This document shows, piece by piece, positions 1 to 11,793 of a stretch of 49,238 nt of DNA. The first letter of the stretch is position 1, and each line of letters begins with the position of its first letter. The notes below the pieces were generated by a model. It was not told where the DNA came from and searched no databases. It saw only the letters and a program-made list of their open reading frames with translations. A program made the translations under genes and the position numbers. Source of the stretch: a virus (lineage: Duplodnaviria; Heunggongvirae; Uroviricota; Caudoviricetes). The DNA lies in the IMG/VR virus record IMGVR_UViG_2534681703_000016, one strand, 5' to 3'.

Positions 1-74
1 ACACAGGGAATACTCAGTAAACGCTGACCTACTTCATCTTCGTCCAGCTTTCGTTTCAACTGGGATTCCAGCTC

Positions 75-894
75 GGCACTGTTGCAAATAGTCGGTGGTG
101 ATAAACTTATCATCCTCTTTTGCTGATGGAGCTGCACATGAACCCATTCAAAGGCCGGCATTTTCAGCGTGACATCATTCTGTGGGCCGTACGCTGGTAC
201 TGCAAATACGGCATCAGTTACCGTGAGCTGCAGGAGATGCTGGCTGAACGCGGAGTGAATGTCGATCACTCCACGATTTACCGCTGGGTTCAGCGTTATG
301 CGCCTGAAATGGAAAAACGGCTGCGCTGGTACTGGCGTAACCCTTCCGATCTTTGCCCGTGGCACATGGATGAAACCTACGTGAAGGTCAATGGCCGCTG
401 GGCGTATCTGTACCGGGCCGTCGACAGCCGGGGCCGCACTGTCGATTTTTATCTCTCCTCCCGTCGTAACAGCAAAGCTGCATACCGGTTTCTGGGTAAA
501 ATCCTCAACAACGTGAAGAAGTGGCAGATCCCGCGATTCATCAACACGGATAAAGCGCCCGCCTATGGTCGCGCGCTTGCTCTGCTCAAACGCGAAGGCC
601 GGTGCCCGTCTGACGTTGAACACCGACAGATTAAGTACCGGAACAACGTGATTGAATGCGATCATGGCAAACTGAAACGGATAATCGGCGCCACGCTGGG
701 ATTTAAATCCATGAAGACGGCTTACGCCACCATCAAAGGTATTGAGGTGATGCGTGCACTACGCAAAGGCCAGGCCTCAGCATTTTATTATGGTGATCCC
801 CTGGGCGAAATGCGCCTGGTAAGCAGAGTTTTTGAAATGTAAGGCCTTTGAATAAGACAAAAGGCTGCCTCATCGCTAACTTTGCAACAGTGCC
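75..894 (+). mobile_element. IS26 (IS6 family), complete 820-bp copy
   Basis: 14-bp terminal inverted repeats GGCACTGTTGCAAA at 75-88 and inverted at 881-894; single internal transposase ORF; length exactly 820 bp. Confidence 0.97.
138..842 (+). CDS. tnpA: IS26 transposase Tnp26 (DDE)
   Basis: ORF 120..842; from ATG at 138 the translation MNPFKGRHFQRDIILWAVRWYCKYGISYRELQEMLAERG... matches IS26 Tnp26 as recalled. Confidence 0.95.
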   Translation: MNPFKGRHFQRDIILWAVRWYCKYGISYRELQEMLAERGVNVDHSTIYRWVQRYAPEMEKRLRWYWRNPSDLCPWHMDETYVKVNGRWAYLYRAVDSRGRTVDFYLSSRRNSKAAYRFLGKILNNVKKWQIPRFINTDKAPAYGRALALLKREGRCPSDVEHRQIKYRNNVIECDHGKLKRIIGATLGFKSMKTAYATIKGIEVMRALRKGQASAFYYGDPLGEMRLVSRVFEM

Positions 895-1246
895 CTTTTT
901 TGTTCAGGCTGGCATCCCAGATATCCAGATTTTCACGTGCTGTACGCTGTGCTGATGCCCCGGCAATTTTAATTTCGCTGAGGTTATTTTTTATCAGCAG
1001 CGCGTTATTGCTCATAATGGCTTTAATGGACAGTGCAAGCTGGTTTAATTTTGTTTTATCCGGTTGAATACCGGCTTCTTTCAGCGTGTTTAATAACTCC
1101 GCCTGCACAATATTAAACCAGTCCATGCCGGGCCATGTGATAGCATTATTCCCGTCACCTTCTGAAAACCAGCGAACGATAGCACTACGCTGGGCGGATA
1201 CGGGCGGCATGACGGTTACGCCGCTGTCGTTATCAATATAAAACAT
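895..1246 (-). pseudogene. Mu-family tail fibre protein S, N-terminal 117 codons only, truncated by IS26
   Basis: ORF 788..1246 starts MFYIDNDSGVTVMPP... directly after baseplate genes and runs into IS26 at 894; residues beyond are read-through of IS26 sequence. Confidence 0.6.
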
Positions 1247-1788
1247 TAGTTATCTCCGTCATGGTAAACAAATTTATAAATCTGATGCGCGGGTTTATAT
1301 TTCTCCAGTAAACATTCCAGCGCACCCGATTCATAAACACGTAACGGCGTCAGAACATTATCCAGCACCGTTGCGTTGCGATAATTTTTAATACCGTAAA
1401 TATTGACCTGCGTAACCCACTGGCCTTCTGTGGAATCCGTCAGCCTGACGGTAAAACCGTACTGCGCAGCCAGCCATTCATAAAAGCGCCGACTCAGATT
1501 GCCGGTCATACGCATTTTATTCGCGGCAGCCCGCCGGCGTTCGGACAGGGTGCCGTTTTCGCTGGTACAGTCCGGCAACCCCAGAAATGATTCCCACTCA
1601 CCCAGATACCAGCGGGATGTGGACGGGAAACGCTCCCGCAGCATTTGCCGCGCATCATCCGCCGCAGTGGTAATCACGTCGCTGATGGCCTGCGCCAGCG
1701 CAGATAATTTGCTGTCGGGGCTTTTATTCCAGGCAAGCCCTGACGGCAGTAATTGCAGAAAGGCCGTCTGCCAGGGTGTTACAGCCAT
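1246..1788 (-). CDS. baseplate/tail protein (Mu gp48-like by position)
   Basis: 180-aa ORF between baseplate J-like gene and tail fibre start, overlapping start/stop couplings; synteny with Mu late region. Confidence 0.55.
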   Translation of the reverse strand: MAVTPWQTAFLQLLPSGLAWNKSPDSKLSALAQAISDVITTAADDARQMLRERFPSTSRWYLGEWESFLGLPDCTSENGTLSERRRAAANKMRMTGNLSRRFYEWLAAQYGFTVRLTDSTEGQWVTQVNIYGIKNYRNATVLDNVLTPLRVYESGALECLLEKYKPAHQIYKFVYHDGDN

Positions 1789-2861
1789 TCAATTGTCCCC
1801 GGTGTTAACAGTTCCGTATTCTCCGAACGCTGGATCTCTGTCGGGAAACGCACTTCAAAATCATCCAGACCGGTAACACCTGCCACCGCACGGATAATAC
1901 GGGAGGGGGCAAGTGCACCGCCCGGCGTCACCTCATTAAAAAACATGGTATTAATGGCGTGAGTAATAGCCTGTTTCAGTTCGGCTGTCTTCGGCGATAT
2001 ATAAATCCGTGGATTTACCGGCTTTGCCTTTGGTGCAAATACCGTGACATTTACACCATCAGGCTGTCCGACAATCAGGCCGGTTATCGGGTCAGTATGA
2101 CCGGCGATATAATCCGCCACGCGTTCCACATCTGCCGGTTGTGGAAAAATATTGCTCCGGTTATCCATAACAAACGTCACCCCGACTGTGCCACCGCCTT
2201 TCCATGTCGGAAAAGACCAGGCACGGGTAACGCCGCTGACTTCACGTGCCCAGCGAACATAATCAAACTGATTACCGCCGAACGGAGGATACTGGACACG
2301 ATATTCCAGCCGTGACAGCAGCTCCGCTGCACTCTCAATATCAGCTCCACCGGAAAACCCTTTTACAGTGATGGCATCGGAAACAACACTGGCAACCGGG
2401 GTGATCAACGTTAAAAGGGTATTCTCACCGGTATTTCCTGCCTCACCGGCAGCCAGTGCGGTAACGGTAATTTCCGTCGTTCCTGCACGGTCAATCACAA
2501 TGGCATCAGCCAGGCTGTAAACCACACCATCAGCACGCTGCCAGCGTGTACCGGCAGGAATGGTGGTCGCTGCCGATGTGGTGACAGTCAGCGGGCCGCT
2601 GGCGGCTGTCGCCTGTTTGCGGCGCACGCCCCAGAACCGGCAGTGCTCCAGCAACTCATCTTCATCTGCTGTCGACGGGATAATCTGCCGTCCAACCCAT
2701 GAAATATGCTCGTGAAAACCGGCAGCAAGGCCCGCCTGAGCATAAGCAATGGCACTCAGCGTTTTTTCACGGGCCTGAGGCCAGCTACCCGGCAGGCGCT
2801 GTTCAATATTCTGTTCTGTACGGGCAATCAGCGATGATAATGTCGGTGGTGAATAAGCCAT
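1779..2861 (-). CDS. baseplate J-like protein (Mu gp47-like)
   Basis: 360-aa ORF, position and size typical of baseplate J family in Mu-type tail module. Confidence 0.7.
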   Translation of the reverse strand: MAYSPPTLSSLIARTEQNIEQRLPGSWPQAREKTLSAIAYAQAGLAAGFHEHISWVGRQIIPSTADEDELLEHCRFWGVRRKQATAASGPLTVTTSAATTIPAGTRWQRADGVVYSLADAIVIDRAGTTEITVTALAAGEAGNTGENTLLTLITPVASVVSDAITVKGFSGGADIESAAELLSRLEYRVQYPPFGGNQFDYVRWAREVSGVTRAWSFPTWKGGGTVGVTFVMDNRSNIFPQPADVERVADYIAGHTDPITGLIVGQPDGVNVTVFAPKAKPVNPRIYISPKTAELKQAITHAINTMFFNEVTPGGALAPSRIIRAVAGVTGLDDFEVRFPTEIQRSENTELLTPGTIEWL

Positions 2862-3299
2862 TTAAACCCCGTTAAATGCTGCTTTAAACTCATAAGGAAT
2901 AACGGAACCATCCGGTAATGTCAGTGCAATGTAGAGGTATAACCAGCCCTGATGTAACTGTTCCGCTCTGACGTTAATCGCACTCACCCGGCCCGCTGTT
3001 TTCAGCCATTCCAGCGCCTCTTCGGCATACCCTCTGGCGCGTTCCAGCGTATCCGGTGTGGCTTTTTCACGTGATAACAGCCACAACCGCGAACCGATGG
3101 GGCGGTCGCGGTAACTGTCACCCCACCATCCACGGCGATCATCTGAACCATCCGGCAGCGTGTCAGAATCCAGCGCGCGCCGGTCGGTAAACAGGGAGAT
3201 TGTCACATCGGTCGTCAGACTGTCGTCGGTCAGCATATCAATGCCATCCTGTGCAATATCGCCGCGTCCGTTCGTCCAGATAATGGCTAAATCGGTCAT
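2862..3299 (-). CDS. baseplate protein (Mu gp46-like, phage GP46 family)
   Basis: 145-aa ORF tightly coupled to neighbours in baseplate block. Confidence 0.6.
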   Translation of the reverse strand: MTDLAIIWTNGRGDIAQDGIDMLTDDSLTTDVTISLFTDRRALDSDTLPDGSDDRRGWWGDSYRDRPIGSRLWLLSREKATPDTLERARGYAEEALEWLKTAGRVSAINVRAEQLHQGWLYLYIALTLPDGSVIPYEFKAAFNGV

Positions 3300-3889
3300 T
3301 GCATCGGCCCTGTGGTTCCGCCGCTGTCGCCACGGTGGATATGCTTATCCGTCGATTTGCCATTGATGATGGCATCCGGGGCAGTAATATTGCTGTCGAA
3401 CTGGCTTTTACCTTTAACGCCCAGACCTTTCTGGATCTCAACGTCGCCGGTAAACGTGGTTCTGGGTGTATCAACGGTCATGCTTTCATCAGCGTAAATC
3501 TCAACCGTTTTACAGGTAATGATGCAGCGCCCGTCCTTTGTCAGCCTGATACGATGCCCCTCGTGGTGGTAAATGCCTGCATCACCCGGTTCAAGATTTG
3601 TCGGGCGGTAGCGGCGGTCTTCCACCACAACGGCAATCCCCTGATCACGTTGTGCACCCACACAGGCAATCAGCGCCTCTGCGCCCGGCAGAGGAACGCT
3701 GAAATGCCCGTAATTTTGCAGGCGCTCCACTTCATCAGATTCCTCATCATCCAGCAGACCGACCTGCAGGTTCTGAACCTTTCGCCCGTCGTTAATCACG
3801 TTAACAACGGCACGCGCAAGCATCAGACGCACACGACGCATCAGCGGTGTCAGCAGGCGGTTCATGGCGGAATCATTTACTCTTTCCAC
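3296..3889 (-). CDS. baseplate assembly/spike protein (Mu gp45-like)
   Basis: 197-aa ORF in baseplate block; synteny. Confidence 0.6.
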   Translation of the reverse strand: MERVNDSAMNRLLTPLMRRVRLMLARAVVNVINDGRKVQNLQVGLLDDEESDEVERLQNYGHFSVPLPGAEALIACVGAQRDQGIAVVVEDRRYRPTNLEPGDAGIYHHEGHRIRLTKDGRCIITCKTVEIYADESMTVDTPRTTFTGDVEIQKGLGVKGKSQFDSNITAPDAIINGKSTDKHIHRGDSGGTTGPMQ

Positions 3890-5010
3890 GGCGGCGTTTT
3901 CTCCGGGTGTCTGCGATAATAATCTTCAACCAGCGCATCAACGCCATCATTACCATCCCCTCTGGATTTGCGGTCGCTTTCAACCGGCACCAGAAAGCCT
4001 TCGCGTGGTGCAAGGCTGACGCGGGTTTTCAGCCCGTCCTGGTCATTCAGTATCAGGGTGACTTTGCTGACCAGTAATTCCGTGGTTTTGATGGCATATT
4101 TCGAGGCATCAATAGTGACCAGCAGGTTTGGCATCCAGAGTTGCCCGTCCTTGCGAGTCCATCCGTCAATTTCAGCCTCAAAGGTGATGGATTTTGCCAG
4201 TCTGCGGCGTTGCTCACGCAGGGCGCGGGCCTGTGCATCCTTCGCCGTAATTTTGCTGTCGGCAATGATGATCATCGGTCTGTAACGGGTTACATCACTG
4301 TCAGTGGCGGTCCCTTTCCGGGAGACGATACTTTTCGCATCAATATCATCACCCTCAGCGCCGTTTGCGCGGGCATAACCCTTGACAATGTATTCGCTGA
4401 ACCGGTCACGGAAATCTTCGTCAAAATCCACCGTCAGCAGATTTTTCCCGAGGATCAGCTCATCAGTGACCGTACTGGCAGCCCGGCTGAATACCAGCTC
4501 TCCGGCGGCATTGCTGGTCATCAGTACACCACGTGCGCGGGAGGCCCGCACCAGCGCTTCGTAAACCGTTTCTGAATGGTCAAGCGTAAAAGACGGAAAC
4601 GACGCTGCGCTTTCCTTGTCTGACAGCTCCCAGCGAACGGTAACGCCATAAGGGGCGCACAGGTCACGCGCAATCTGCTCCAGTGTGCGGTTTTTCCACT
4701 GTCCGCCACTGTAAACGGCAGCACAGTCAATCAGGTCAGCCGTTTTGTCACGTCCGGCGACAGTGATTTTCATACTGTCAGCGGTCATCTGGCGTCGCCG
4801 TGAATCGATATAACCGGTGCAGACAATCTGCCCCCCGATTTCGAGCGTGAACTTCTTCCCCGGAGCCAGCCCGGATAAATCCGTGCCCGGTGGCACGTTC
4901 ACCCCCAGCTCAAAATATCCGGCTACGGATTCAATCGAGCGGGTGACAGAGACTGACGTCCAGCCGGTAAAAAGCCTGCCATCCGTTCGCAGCGTGACGG
5001 TATTACTCAT
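3877..5010 (-). CDS. baseplate hub / late-control-D-like protein (Mu gp44-like)
   Basis: 377-aa ORF following DNA-circularisation-like gene; synteny with Mu P. Confidence 0.6.
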   Translation of the reverse strand: MSNTVTLRTDGRLFTGWTSVSVTRSIESVAGYFELGVNVPPGTDLSGLAPGKKFTLEIGGQIVCTGYIDSRRRQMTADSMKITVAGRDKTADLIDCAAVYSGGQWKNRTLEQIARDLCAPYGVTVRWELSDKESAASFPSFTLDHSETVYEALVRASRARGVLMTSNAAGELVFSRAASTVTDELILGKNLLTVDFDEDFRDRFSEYIVKGYARANGAEGDDIDAKSIVSRKGTATDSDVTRYRPMIIIADSKITAKDAQARALREQRRRLAKSITFEAEIDGWTRKDGQLWMPNLLVTIDASKYAIKTTELLVSKVTLILNDQDGLKTRVSLAPREGFLVPVESDRKSRGDGNDGVDALVEDYYRRHPEKTPPWKE

Positions 5011-6490
5011 TAATCACCTCAATACTGACACCACCGGGAACAAACAACGGGTTGCTGATACCGTTCCTGCGGGCCAGCCGTTGCCAGTTCCGGCTGTTTC
5101 CTGTGTAACGGTACAGGGCCACCATTGCAGGCATCGTCTCCGGCAGACGGTGCGTTTCACTACCCGCCAGTTGCAGCCCGCGTTTTTCCAGGTCGGCAAC
5201 AACCAGCAGACGCAGTTGCGTAAGCTGAACGCTGTCTGTCGAAAAGCCCTGCTCAGATGCCGTCAGAATGACGGTATCCAGCGCAGCCCCCAGCATGGCG
5301 GCTGTTTTTCCGATATCGGACACACTTTCAAATACCGGGGGCGTGGCTGTACCACTGTCTGAAAAGGATACCTGTGAAAAGCCGCCGTCCGGGGTTATGG
5401 CAGTTAACTGTAACTGTCCCTGTGTGACGGTAGCAGATGTGCTGCTGGCCCCGCTGGCTGTGCCGGTTGTGGTGGACGGGGCATCCAGTACAGGTGCACG
5501 GGTGGCATTATCCCTCCGGCGACTGAAATCCAGTGCCGCAGTCAGTGCCTGGCTGGCAGCTTCTGCCCGGTATGTCTGCGCCGCTGCCAGCATGACGTAG
5601 TTCAGTGTGGCAATATTTTTTTCTGCAACCGGACTGTTGTACGAGGTTGTGATTGCCCCCTGTCTGCCTGCGGTGGCGGCATGGCGACGTTCGAACCGCT
5701 GCGCCAGACGGTTCCAGGTGGAAAATGCTGTCCGGGTATCGCATAACGATGAAACGCCGGATAACGCCCCCATCAGCGAGGAGGCCAGCATGGCTGGTTT
5801 ATTTATCAGGCCGGTCACAGAGCCTTTCATCGCAGAAAGCGATCCCATCAGACCGCTGACAGTCTGCGTAACCCCCAGATTGTCCACCGCATCACTGATA
5901 TCATCGATGACACCGGTTACAGCTTCCATCACGGCGGTTGCCGCCGCAGTGCCATCTTTTACGGTCTGCCAGACAGAGGACAGCGTATCTCCCAGAGAAC
6001 CGGTTACAGCAACGGACTGTGCCGGTACGGCTGCACTGGTGTCTGTCTCTGCGTCCGGGGCAGTATCCTGCAACGACGGATAAACGGTAACGGTGAACGC
6101 GTAATAATTCAGTTCATCCGCTTTAGTGCGGCATTCCCATGAATCCACCATGACGGCCACAGTGCCGAAATCAGGATGTACCAGCTCACCGCTACCCGGA
6201 GCATCAAGAGCATCCATCAGCGCACCCGCTTCATCTCTGGCAGTCTCTGCGTTGCTGTTCAGAATGCAGATGCTGAATGTGCGGGAGCGAAGCTTTTTCC
6301 CCAGGTCGTTGACACCGCCGGTATCACGTAACGGGTACTCACGTTTAACCAGACGACGTCCGCCAGCCTGTTTTTGCTCCTCGATGACGAGAAACGGCAC
6401 GTTACGGAACGTGCCTTTGCCGGTTGTTTTCCTGCCTCCACCGGTTTTATCCCGGACAGCATTAACGGCATTTAAAGCATCTTCAAACAT
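5003..6490 (-). CDS. DNA circularisation protein N-like (Mu gp43-like)
   Basis: 495-aa ORF immediately downstream of tape measure gene, Ser/Thr/Ala-rich centre; synteny with Mu N. Confidence 0.55.
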   Translation of the reverse strand: MFEDALNAVNAVRDKTGGGRKTTGKGTFRNVPFLVIEEQKQAGGRRLVKREYPLRDTGGVNDLGKKLRSRTFSICILNSNAETARDEAGALMDALDAPGSGELVHPDFGTVAVMVDSWECRTKADELNYYAFTVTVYPSLQDTAPDAETDTSAAVPAQSVAVTGSLGDTLSSVWQTVKDGTAAATAVMEAVTGVIDDISDAVDNLGVTQTVSGLMGSLSAMKGSVTGLINKPAMLASSLMGALSGVSSLCDTRTAFSTWNRLAQRFERRHAATAGRQGAITTSYNSPVAEKNIATLNYVMLAAAQTYRAEAASQALTAALDFSRRRDNATRAPVLDAPSTTTGTASGASSTSATVTQGQLQLTAITPDGGFSQVSFSDSGTATPPVFESVSDIGKTAAMLGAALDTVILTASEQGFSTDSVQLTQLRLLVVADLEKRGLQLAGSETHRLPETMPAMVALYRYTGNSRNWQRLARRNGISNPLFVPGGVSIEVINE

Positions 6491-6494
6491 GGTT

Positions 6495-8570
6495 TTACCA
6501 GCCTGTAATGTAGTTATCGCCCGCGTAAATATTCAGCCCCATACCATCCTCGGTGACGCGGGAACTGGTCAGACGTAACCCCTCGCCAAGTTCGACGCGC
6601 AGCGAGGCTTCCGCATTCACTTTTTGCTCCTGCGGTTCCTTATCCGTGGCCGTCCACTTCTGATACAGGTCGGTTACAAAACCGCCCAGATACTCCCCGG
6701 CGACACTGCCCAGCGTGGCACCGGCAACCGTACCCAGCGGTCCGGCAAGGCTGCCAACGGCACCGCCGAGCCATGCACCGGCTGTACTGCCAATTGCGCC
6801 TGCTTTTTCATGGGTTGACGCCTGCTCATCCATCAGGACGGGGGCAAGCTGGAGTGCCCCCATTACCGGGCCACCCAGACGTGACAACGCACGCCCCGCG
6901 CCTTTCCCCATCCAGCCCAGCGCCCCGGCACCTTTTGTCACAACCCGACCGATCGCACTGCCTGCAAGTTTGTTTCCGATACCGGAAAACCACCCGCCAG
7001 CGGCACGCCCGGCATCAGCCAGCTTTCCGACCGCTCCCGTAACCAGTTGCCCGGCAGCACTGCCTGCAAGCCTGCTCAGAAGACCGGATTTACCGGGTAA
7101 AGGTAATGGTGCAGGCCGTGCCGTTACCGGTACGCCGGGTGGGGGTAATGCCAGAACAGGGCGTGGTGCAGGTAATGCCAGCGGCTGTGGCCCGGACAGC
7201 AATAACGGCTGGCGGGGTAACAGGGGCGTCATGCCTTTGCCTTTCCGGGTGCGACCACCACGGCCACCGCTTCCGTAACCGCCGAACCCGTGAGGCCAGT
7301 TAGTGACAAACACACGCTGAATGCCGGTGCCCTGCAACAGCGTCTCAGACGTCATGGCATCCGGGACCGGCAGACCTGCCTGCCCACGTTTGCGGTTTCG
7401 CATCCAGCGCCACATACGACGCCCGGTTTTAAACGGATAACTGGCAACCTGCCATGAGGGGTTTGCCACGGCCCAGCCTGCTCTCAGGGCTTTATTGGCA
7501 AGCCAGACAGACACCAGAACAGCAGCCAGTTTTTTCAGGCTGACAATATTCTGGTCAACCCATGCCAGCGCATCTTTACCCGGTTTCAGCCAGCGCCATA
7601 ATTCCTGCGCCGCGATTTTTACCTTTCTGAACGTGGTCAGGAATTTCTGACCAATGTTTTCTGCCAGTGCGTCCAGCTCCCCGGATTTATCCGCCGCATC
7701 GTGCCAGTTAAGCACCCGGCGCATCTCGTTCTTGATTTCTTCAAAGGGGCCGCTGTTTGCCACCTTCGTGCGAAACTCAAGCAGGTTGCCCTCCATCTGG
7801 GCCATCATCCCGTCCCAGGAGTTCATGGCAGCCGCCTGTGCGCCTTCTGACTGCTCCAGCAGGGTCCGGAATACCGTCAGAATGGCTTTCTTGCCCAGCT
7901 TGCCTTTTTCACCCAGCTTACGGATTTTTTTCTCATCCTTACCCGTTGCATCTGCCAGCACCTTGTAAACGTTGATACCGTAACCGGTCAGCAGGTTGGC
8001 GTCCGCCGCCGTGATTTGCTGGCGGGCAAACATCTGTTTGAACTGTAACGAAGCCCCCTGCGCGGTGGGTAAATCCCAGCCATGCATCGCGCCCTGATTC
8101 TGTAGCATGGTGATGAACTGTTTTACCTGGGCGTCAGTCATGCCAAACGCCGTTGATGTGCGGATTTCCTGCAGAACGCCGCCCAGCCCCCAGGTGGTTT
8201 CTTTTGCGTTCTGCTTCGCCCACGCCATCATGGCCTGTGCTCTGGCCTTATCGCCGTGATACAGCGAGTTCATGGCGATAATCTGCTGCTCACGCTGGGC
8301 GGCGGCACCAATAAACAGTTTATTGGCGGTGTAACCCACGCCAGCGATACCCAGCGCCCCGGCTGACAGCATTCGGAATGTACGGGTTGACAGTGAACCC
8401 ATTCTGTCAATGGCACCAGAAACGCGCACAACCTCCATACGCAGGGCACGAAGGGAACTTTGTCCGCTACGGGACAGGGCGTTTATCTGGTTCGAATACT
8501 CGCGGGAACGCCGGGAAAGATTGCCATTAAGATCAATAATGACAGACGCCTTTAAGCGTTTCCCGGTCAT
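6495..8570 (-). CDS. tail tape measure protein
   Basis: 691-aa ORF after tail tube/chaperone genes; long Gly/Ala-rich C-terminal half and Pro-rich linker typical of tape measure proteins. Confidence 0.8.
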   Translation of the reverse strand: MTGKRLKASVIIDLNGNLSRRSREYSNQINALSRSGQSSLRALRMEVVRVSGAIDRMGSLSTRTFRMLSAGALGIAGVGYTANKLFIGAAAQREQQIIAMNSLYHGDKARAQAMMAWAKQNAKETTWGLGGVLQEIRTSTAFGMTDAQVKQFITMLQNQGAMHGWDLPTAQGASLQFKQMFARQQITAADANLLTGYGINVYKVLADATGKDEKKIRKLGEKGKLGKKAILTVFRTLLEQSEGAQAAAMNSWDGMMAQMEGNLLEFRTKVANSGPFEEIKNEMRRVLNWHDAADKSGELDALAENIGQKFLTTFRKVKIAAQELWRWLKPGKDALAWVDQNIVSLKKLAAVLVSVWLANKALRAGWAVANPSWQVASYPFKTGRRMWRWMRNRKRGQAGLPVPDAMTSETLLQGTGIQRVFVTNWPHGFGGYGSGGRGGRTRKGKGMTPLLPRQPLLLSGPQPLALPAPRPVLALPPPGVPVTARPAPLPLPGKSGLLSRLAGSAAGQLVTGAVGKLADAGRAAGGWFSGIGNKLAGSAIGRVVTKGAGALGWMGKGAGRALSRLGGPVMGALQLAPVLMDEQASTHEKAGAIGSTAGAWLGGAVGSLAGPLGTVAGATLGSVAGEYLGGFVTDLYQKWTATDKEPQEQKVNAEASLRVELGEGLRLTSSRVTEDGMGLNIYAGDNYITGW

Positions 8571-8714
8571 AGAGATTTCCTGATTTAACGGTGATATTGA
8601 GAGAGGGTTTTAGCCTGCTGGCAGTGCCGGAAAAAGCGGGACAGCGGGAGAGACAAGGCCCATTCCGGGCCACTTTTCAGAATAACGCCAATCGCTGTCG
8701 CCGCTTTCTCAATA

Positions 8715-9149
8715 TCATTCCGGCACCGCAGCCACTCGCCCCCGTTCTTGCGTCAGCGATGCCGCCACAGCCATGTCGTGCATCTCTGTGGCCAGCGACA
8801 GACGCTGGAAGTCATCGACGGACAGCTTGCGCATCAGCGCCAGCGATAACGGGCCTTTGATGCAGCCCACGCTGGCAATCTGTCGGCGCAGCATTTCCAG
8901 TCCCATCCGGGACGGGGAACTGACCAGCACCGGGCCTTCCTTGCTCATTACCAGCTTTTCAGCCGCCGCCTGGGCATCAATCAGATCGCCTGCGGTCAGT
9001 TCACGCAGTGTCACGTCATACTGCATTTCAGTCTCGTCACCGGTGCCGAACGCCAGGCCGTCTTTCAGTTTCAGGCCACCGGACTGAAGCTCAGCCACAA
9101 TACTGTCACGCAGTTCCTGTGCTTCAGGACTTAAATTCATTTCGTCCAT
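8715..9149 (-). CDS. tail assembly chaperone-like protein (Mu gp41 position)
   Basis: 144-aa acidic ORF between tail tube and tape measure genes. Confidence 0.5.
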   Translation of the reverse strand: MDEMNLSPEAQELRDSIVAELQSGGLKLKDGLAFGTGDETEMQYDVTLRELTAGDLIDAQAAAEKLVMSKEGPVLVSSPSRMGLEMLRRQIASVGCIKGPLSLALMRKLSVDDFQRLSLATEMHDMAVAASLTQERGRVAAVPE

Positions 9150-9158
9150 TGTTTCCCC

Positions 9159-9515
9159 TTATGCAATGCGTTTGCTTTTTTTTGCCGTCAGTACCAGCGA
9201 AATTTCGCCGCCGTCGTTTTTCGGTTCATCCGCCTGCCAGGCATTCGCCAGCATCCAGGTTTCACCGGTATCAGCCTGGAATTCGACGGTGATGTTTTCC
9301 CAGTCGATAATTTCATCCAGCCCGATGGGACCGCCCCCCGGAATTTTGCATTCCACTTTTGCGGCACGTGGTTTACCTTTCCAGCCATAAACCCGCGAGC
9401 CGGTCACTTCTTCACGGGTGGTGCCGGAAGGCGTGAAGGAGGCACCTTCCATTGATTCAAGCTCCATGCCATTGACACGGATGAACGCCACCCCCTGACG
9501 CTGATTTCCAGCCAT
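9159..9515 (-). CDS. tail tube protein (Mu M-like)
   Basis: 118-aa ORF directly downstream of sheath gene. Confidence 0.7.
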   Translation of the reverse strand: MAGNQRQGVAFIRVNGMELESMEGASFTPSGTTREEVTGSRVYGWKGKPRAAKVECKIPGGGPIGLDEIIDWENITVEFQADTGETWMLANAWQADEPKNDGGEISLVLTAKKSKRIA

Positions 9516-9524
9516 AAATGCTCC

Positions 9525-11024
9525 TTACAGAATGAACTGAACTTGTGCCGCGAAAATGCGGAACTGGTTAATCAGATTCGGGCCGCACAGCACATCAAGA
9601 CGGTCTTTGTCGTCCTTGTTACGTGCCACATACAGCTCCTCTTTGAACGTGTCGAAATCCTCGACCAGTCCGGCGTTTTCCCATTCTTCAAACAGTGCCA
9701 GCAGCTCCGTTTTGATCACGGATGGCGTCACCACGGCCTGACCGGTGGCAAAGCGGGTGCCATCACTTGCCAGCTTGTGGTTCGGGAATTTCTGCGTGAT
9801 GCGGGTTCGCAGCGAATAACGCAGATAACTCAGCGTGGCGATGGTATTCACGTTCAGATAAGACGGATCGCTGTCACCGTACTTGTTCGTGCGGTACATC
9901 GTGATCATGCGTTCAATCTGCATTTCACCACCATCATTCACGTTAAACGTGGAGATGCCGTCAAACAGCAGCGCATTACGTTCTGACCAGGTGAAACGAT
10001 CCCCCACCGCAGGCGGCATTCTTCCGGGCAACGTCAGCGTCTGGAGTGGACGCGCCGGGTCGATGGAAAGCGCCTGGCTGGCAACGGCACACAGGGTGGC
10101 GGCGTACAGATATGACGGTTCCGGTGCACCGGCAATCCCCATACAGGAAATCAGATGGTCATTACGTCTGACACCAAACGTGGAAATATCCCCATACGTG
10201 CCGGACAGCACTGTCACGGCAAAGCCATCAGCCTGACTGACCGGTCCCCAGCGTTCCTGCAATTCAGTGCGTAACAGATTCAGGTTCGGTTCATCGGTAT
10301 AGGGCATCACAATATATTTGTATTGCAGATCGCCCATTCCCGCGATACTTGCGCTGATATCCGGGTTGATGTATTTCCGGGATTCGGCTTTGAATGCCGT
10401 GATAATCCCGTAAGGGGTGGTTTCACCCGCGTAATAGTTCCAGCGCACATCCACGGCAGATAATGCACCCGTAAATTTTGCAGTCAGAACTATATCTGTA
10501 GCGCCGGCATCATCCGGCGTGGTTGAGAGCAATACTGCCTTCACCGGCAAATCAGGATGACCGTTGATTCGGTCAGTCAGCAGGCCAGCCAGCTTCGATC
10601 CCTTGGTACCTGCTGCGACGGATACCGCCAGTCGCTGACCGGCAATGTAAGTCACAAGCGAGCCGTTTTCGGTTGCCGTTCCTGACAGTGTGATTAAACC
10701 GACAGTAGTTTTAGAGATAGTATTACCGGGGTTTTTCGCCTGCGGAATACACCACAGCTCCGCCACGCGGTTAGCTTTCAGGAATGCATCTGCCATCAGT
10801 GCCAGCATGGAACCCTGACCAAACGCCGCACTGGCCTGTGAGCCGGAACGGATACGGACAGGCACGTCTGGTGCCGCACTGGCCCCCTTATTGCTTTGCC
10901 CGAACATCAGCACGCGCTGACGGGGGGCCGGTGTTCCGCTGACGGCATTACTGTTATCAAATTCGATATACGCCAGAGGAACGCGAACATCTGGCGGGAT
11001 CGCGTTAAATGAAATATCGCTCAT
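9525..11024 (-). CDS. contractile tail sheath protein (Mu L-like)
   Basis: 499-aa ORF; size and position typical of myovirus sheath. Confidence 0.85.
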   Translation of the reverse strand: MSDISFNAIPPDVRVPLAYIEFDNSNAVSGTPAPRQRVLMFGQSNKGASAAPDVPVRIRSGSQASAAFGQGSMLALMADAFLKANRVAELWCIPQAKNPGNTISKTTVGLITLSGTATENGSLVTYIAGQRLAVSVAAGTKGSKLAGLLTDRINGHPDLPVKAVLLSTTPDDAGATDIVLTAKFTGALSAVDVRWNYYAGETTPYGIITAFKAESRKYINPDISASIAGMGDLQYKYIVMPYTDEPNLNLLRTELQERWGPVSQADGFAVTVLSGTYGDISTFGVRRNDHLISCMGIAGAPEPSYLYAATLCAVASQALSIDPARPLQTLTLPGRMPPAVGDRFTWSERNALLFDGISTFNVNDGGEMQIERMITMYRTNKYGDSDPSYLNVNTIATLSYLRYSLRTRITQKFPNHKLASDGTRFATGQAVVTPSVIKTELLALFEEWENAGLVEDFDTFKEELYVARNKDDKDRLDVLCGPNLINQFRIFAAQVQFIL

Positions 11025-11030
11025 TTCGAT

Positions 11031-11261
11031 TTACTCCGTTTTTTTCAGCGCAGCGTCGGTATCATCCGCCGTGTTTTCGGTGCTCCCGACTTCAACCACA
11101 TCAGTGTTTTCGGTGCTCCCGACTTCAACCACATCACCGGCTACAAGGCGACGTATCCAGAAACTGTTACGGGGCTTTTCTTCTCCCTCAGGCGCCAGTA
11201 ATTCCATCGTGAGCGGGTCACGGATGGTTTTTCCCTCTGCGGGTTTAATTTTCAGCATCAT
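11031..11261 (-). CDS. small head-tail region protein carrying an in-frame 11-aa tandem duplication
   Basis: 76-aa ORF; perfect 33-bp tandem repeat at 11071-11103 and 11104-11136 encodes VVEVGSTENTD twice. Confidence 0.5.
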   Translation of the reverse strand: MMLKIKPAEGKTIRDPLTMELLAPEGEEKPRNSFWIRRLVAGDVVEVGSTENTDVVEVGSTENTADDTDAALKKTE

Positions 11262-11793
11262 TATCCTTTTCCTGATTCACATTGATATGTGCGGCAAATT
11301 CCGGGGTTTCGGCCGGGAGTTTCCAGGTCTGCCAGTGACGCTCGTAATCATCCAGCGAATCCATGTCCACCACGGACGGCAGCGGGGTAGTGCCACTCAA
11401 CAGAACGCCGTAAAGCACCACGCCGGCATTGATACGGTTGTCGTCACAAAGATTTCTGACCTGCGTCAGTCTCATCCCGGTGGTCTGGCCAAACGTCTGA
11501 CCGTTAACACCGGCAATCAGTCGCTCCACAATCTGATAAATACCGGGCCGGTTTACCGGTTCCCCGTTCAGCAACTCCGCCACGACAAAAAATGCCCAGC
11601 GACTTTCAACTTCCCGACGCGTACGCCCCTCACCACAGCCCATCCATGCCAGAAATACCGATGGCGGGGCCAGAAAGAGACGGTGTACATCCTCGTTAGT
11701 CCATGTGCCGGTAAGGGGTTCCACCTGCCGCAGGGTTGCCCCAAACAACTCACGAACGCGCGCCAGCAGTGCGGCTTCGGTTTCTTCCAGCAT
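11245..11793 (-). CDS. head-tail connector region protein (Mu gp37-like by position)
   Basis: 182-aa ORF, synteny. Confidence 0.5.
   Translation of the reverse strand: MLEETEAALLARVRELFGATLRQVEPLTGTWTNEDVHRLFLAPPSVFLAWMGCGEGRTRREVESRWAFFVVAELLNGEPVNRPGIYQIVERLIAGVNGQTFGQTTGMRLTQVRNLCDDNRINAGVVLYGVLLSGTTPLPSVVDMDSLDDYERHWQTWKLPAETPEFAAHINVNQEKDNDAEN

Noticed and set aside
1-74. Partial coding sequence on the minus strand upstream of IS26 copy 1
   Set aside because: Only 24 codons are visible before the window edge; too short to assign.
1499-8000. Numerous 60-200-aa ORFs antisense to or out of frame with the Mu late genes (for example 1499..1876, 3299..3919, 6715..7278, 7654..7968)
   Set aside because: All lie inside longer, syntenic, tightly coupled minus-strand structural genes and have Pro/Arg/Ser-rich translations typical of non-coding frames.
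8571-8714. Possible programmed -1 frameshift extension of the chaperone-like gene upstream of the tape measure gene
   Set aside because: The -1 frame from the end of ORF 8715..9149 gives only about 27 extra codons and there is no canonical XXXYYYZ slippery heptamer; not supported.
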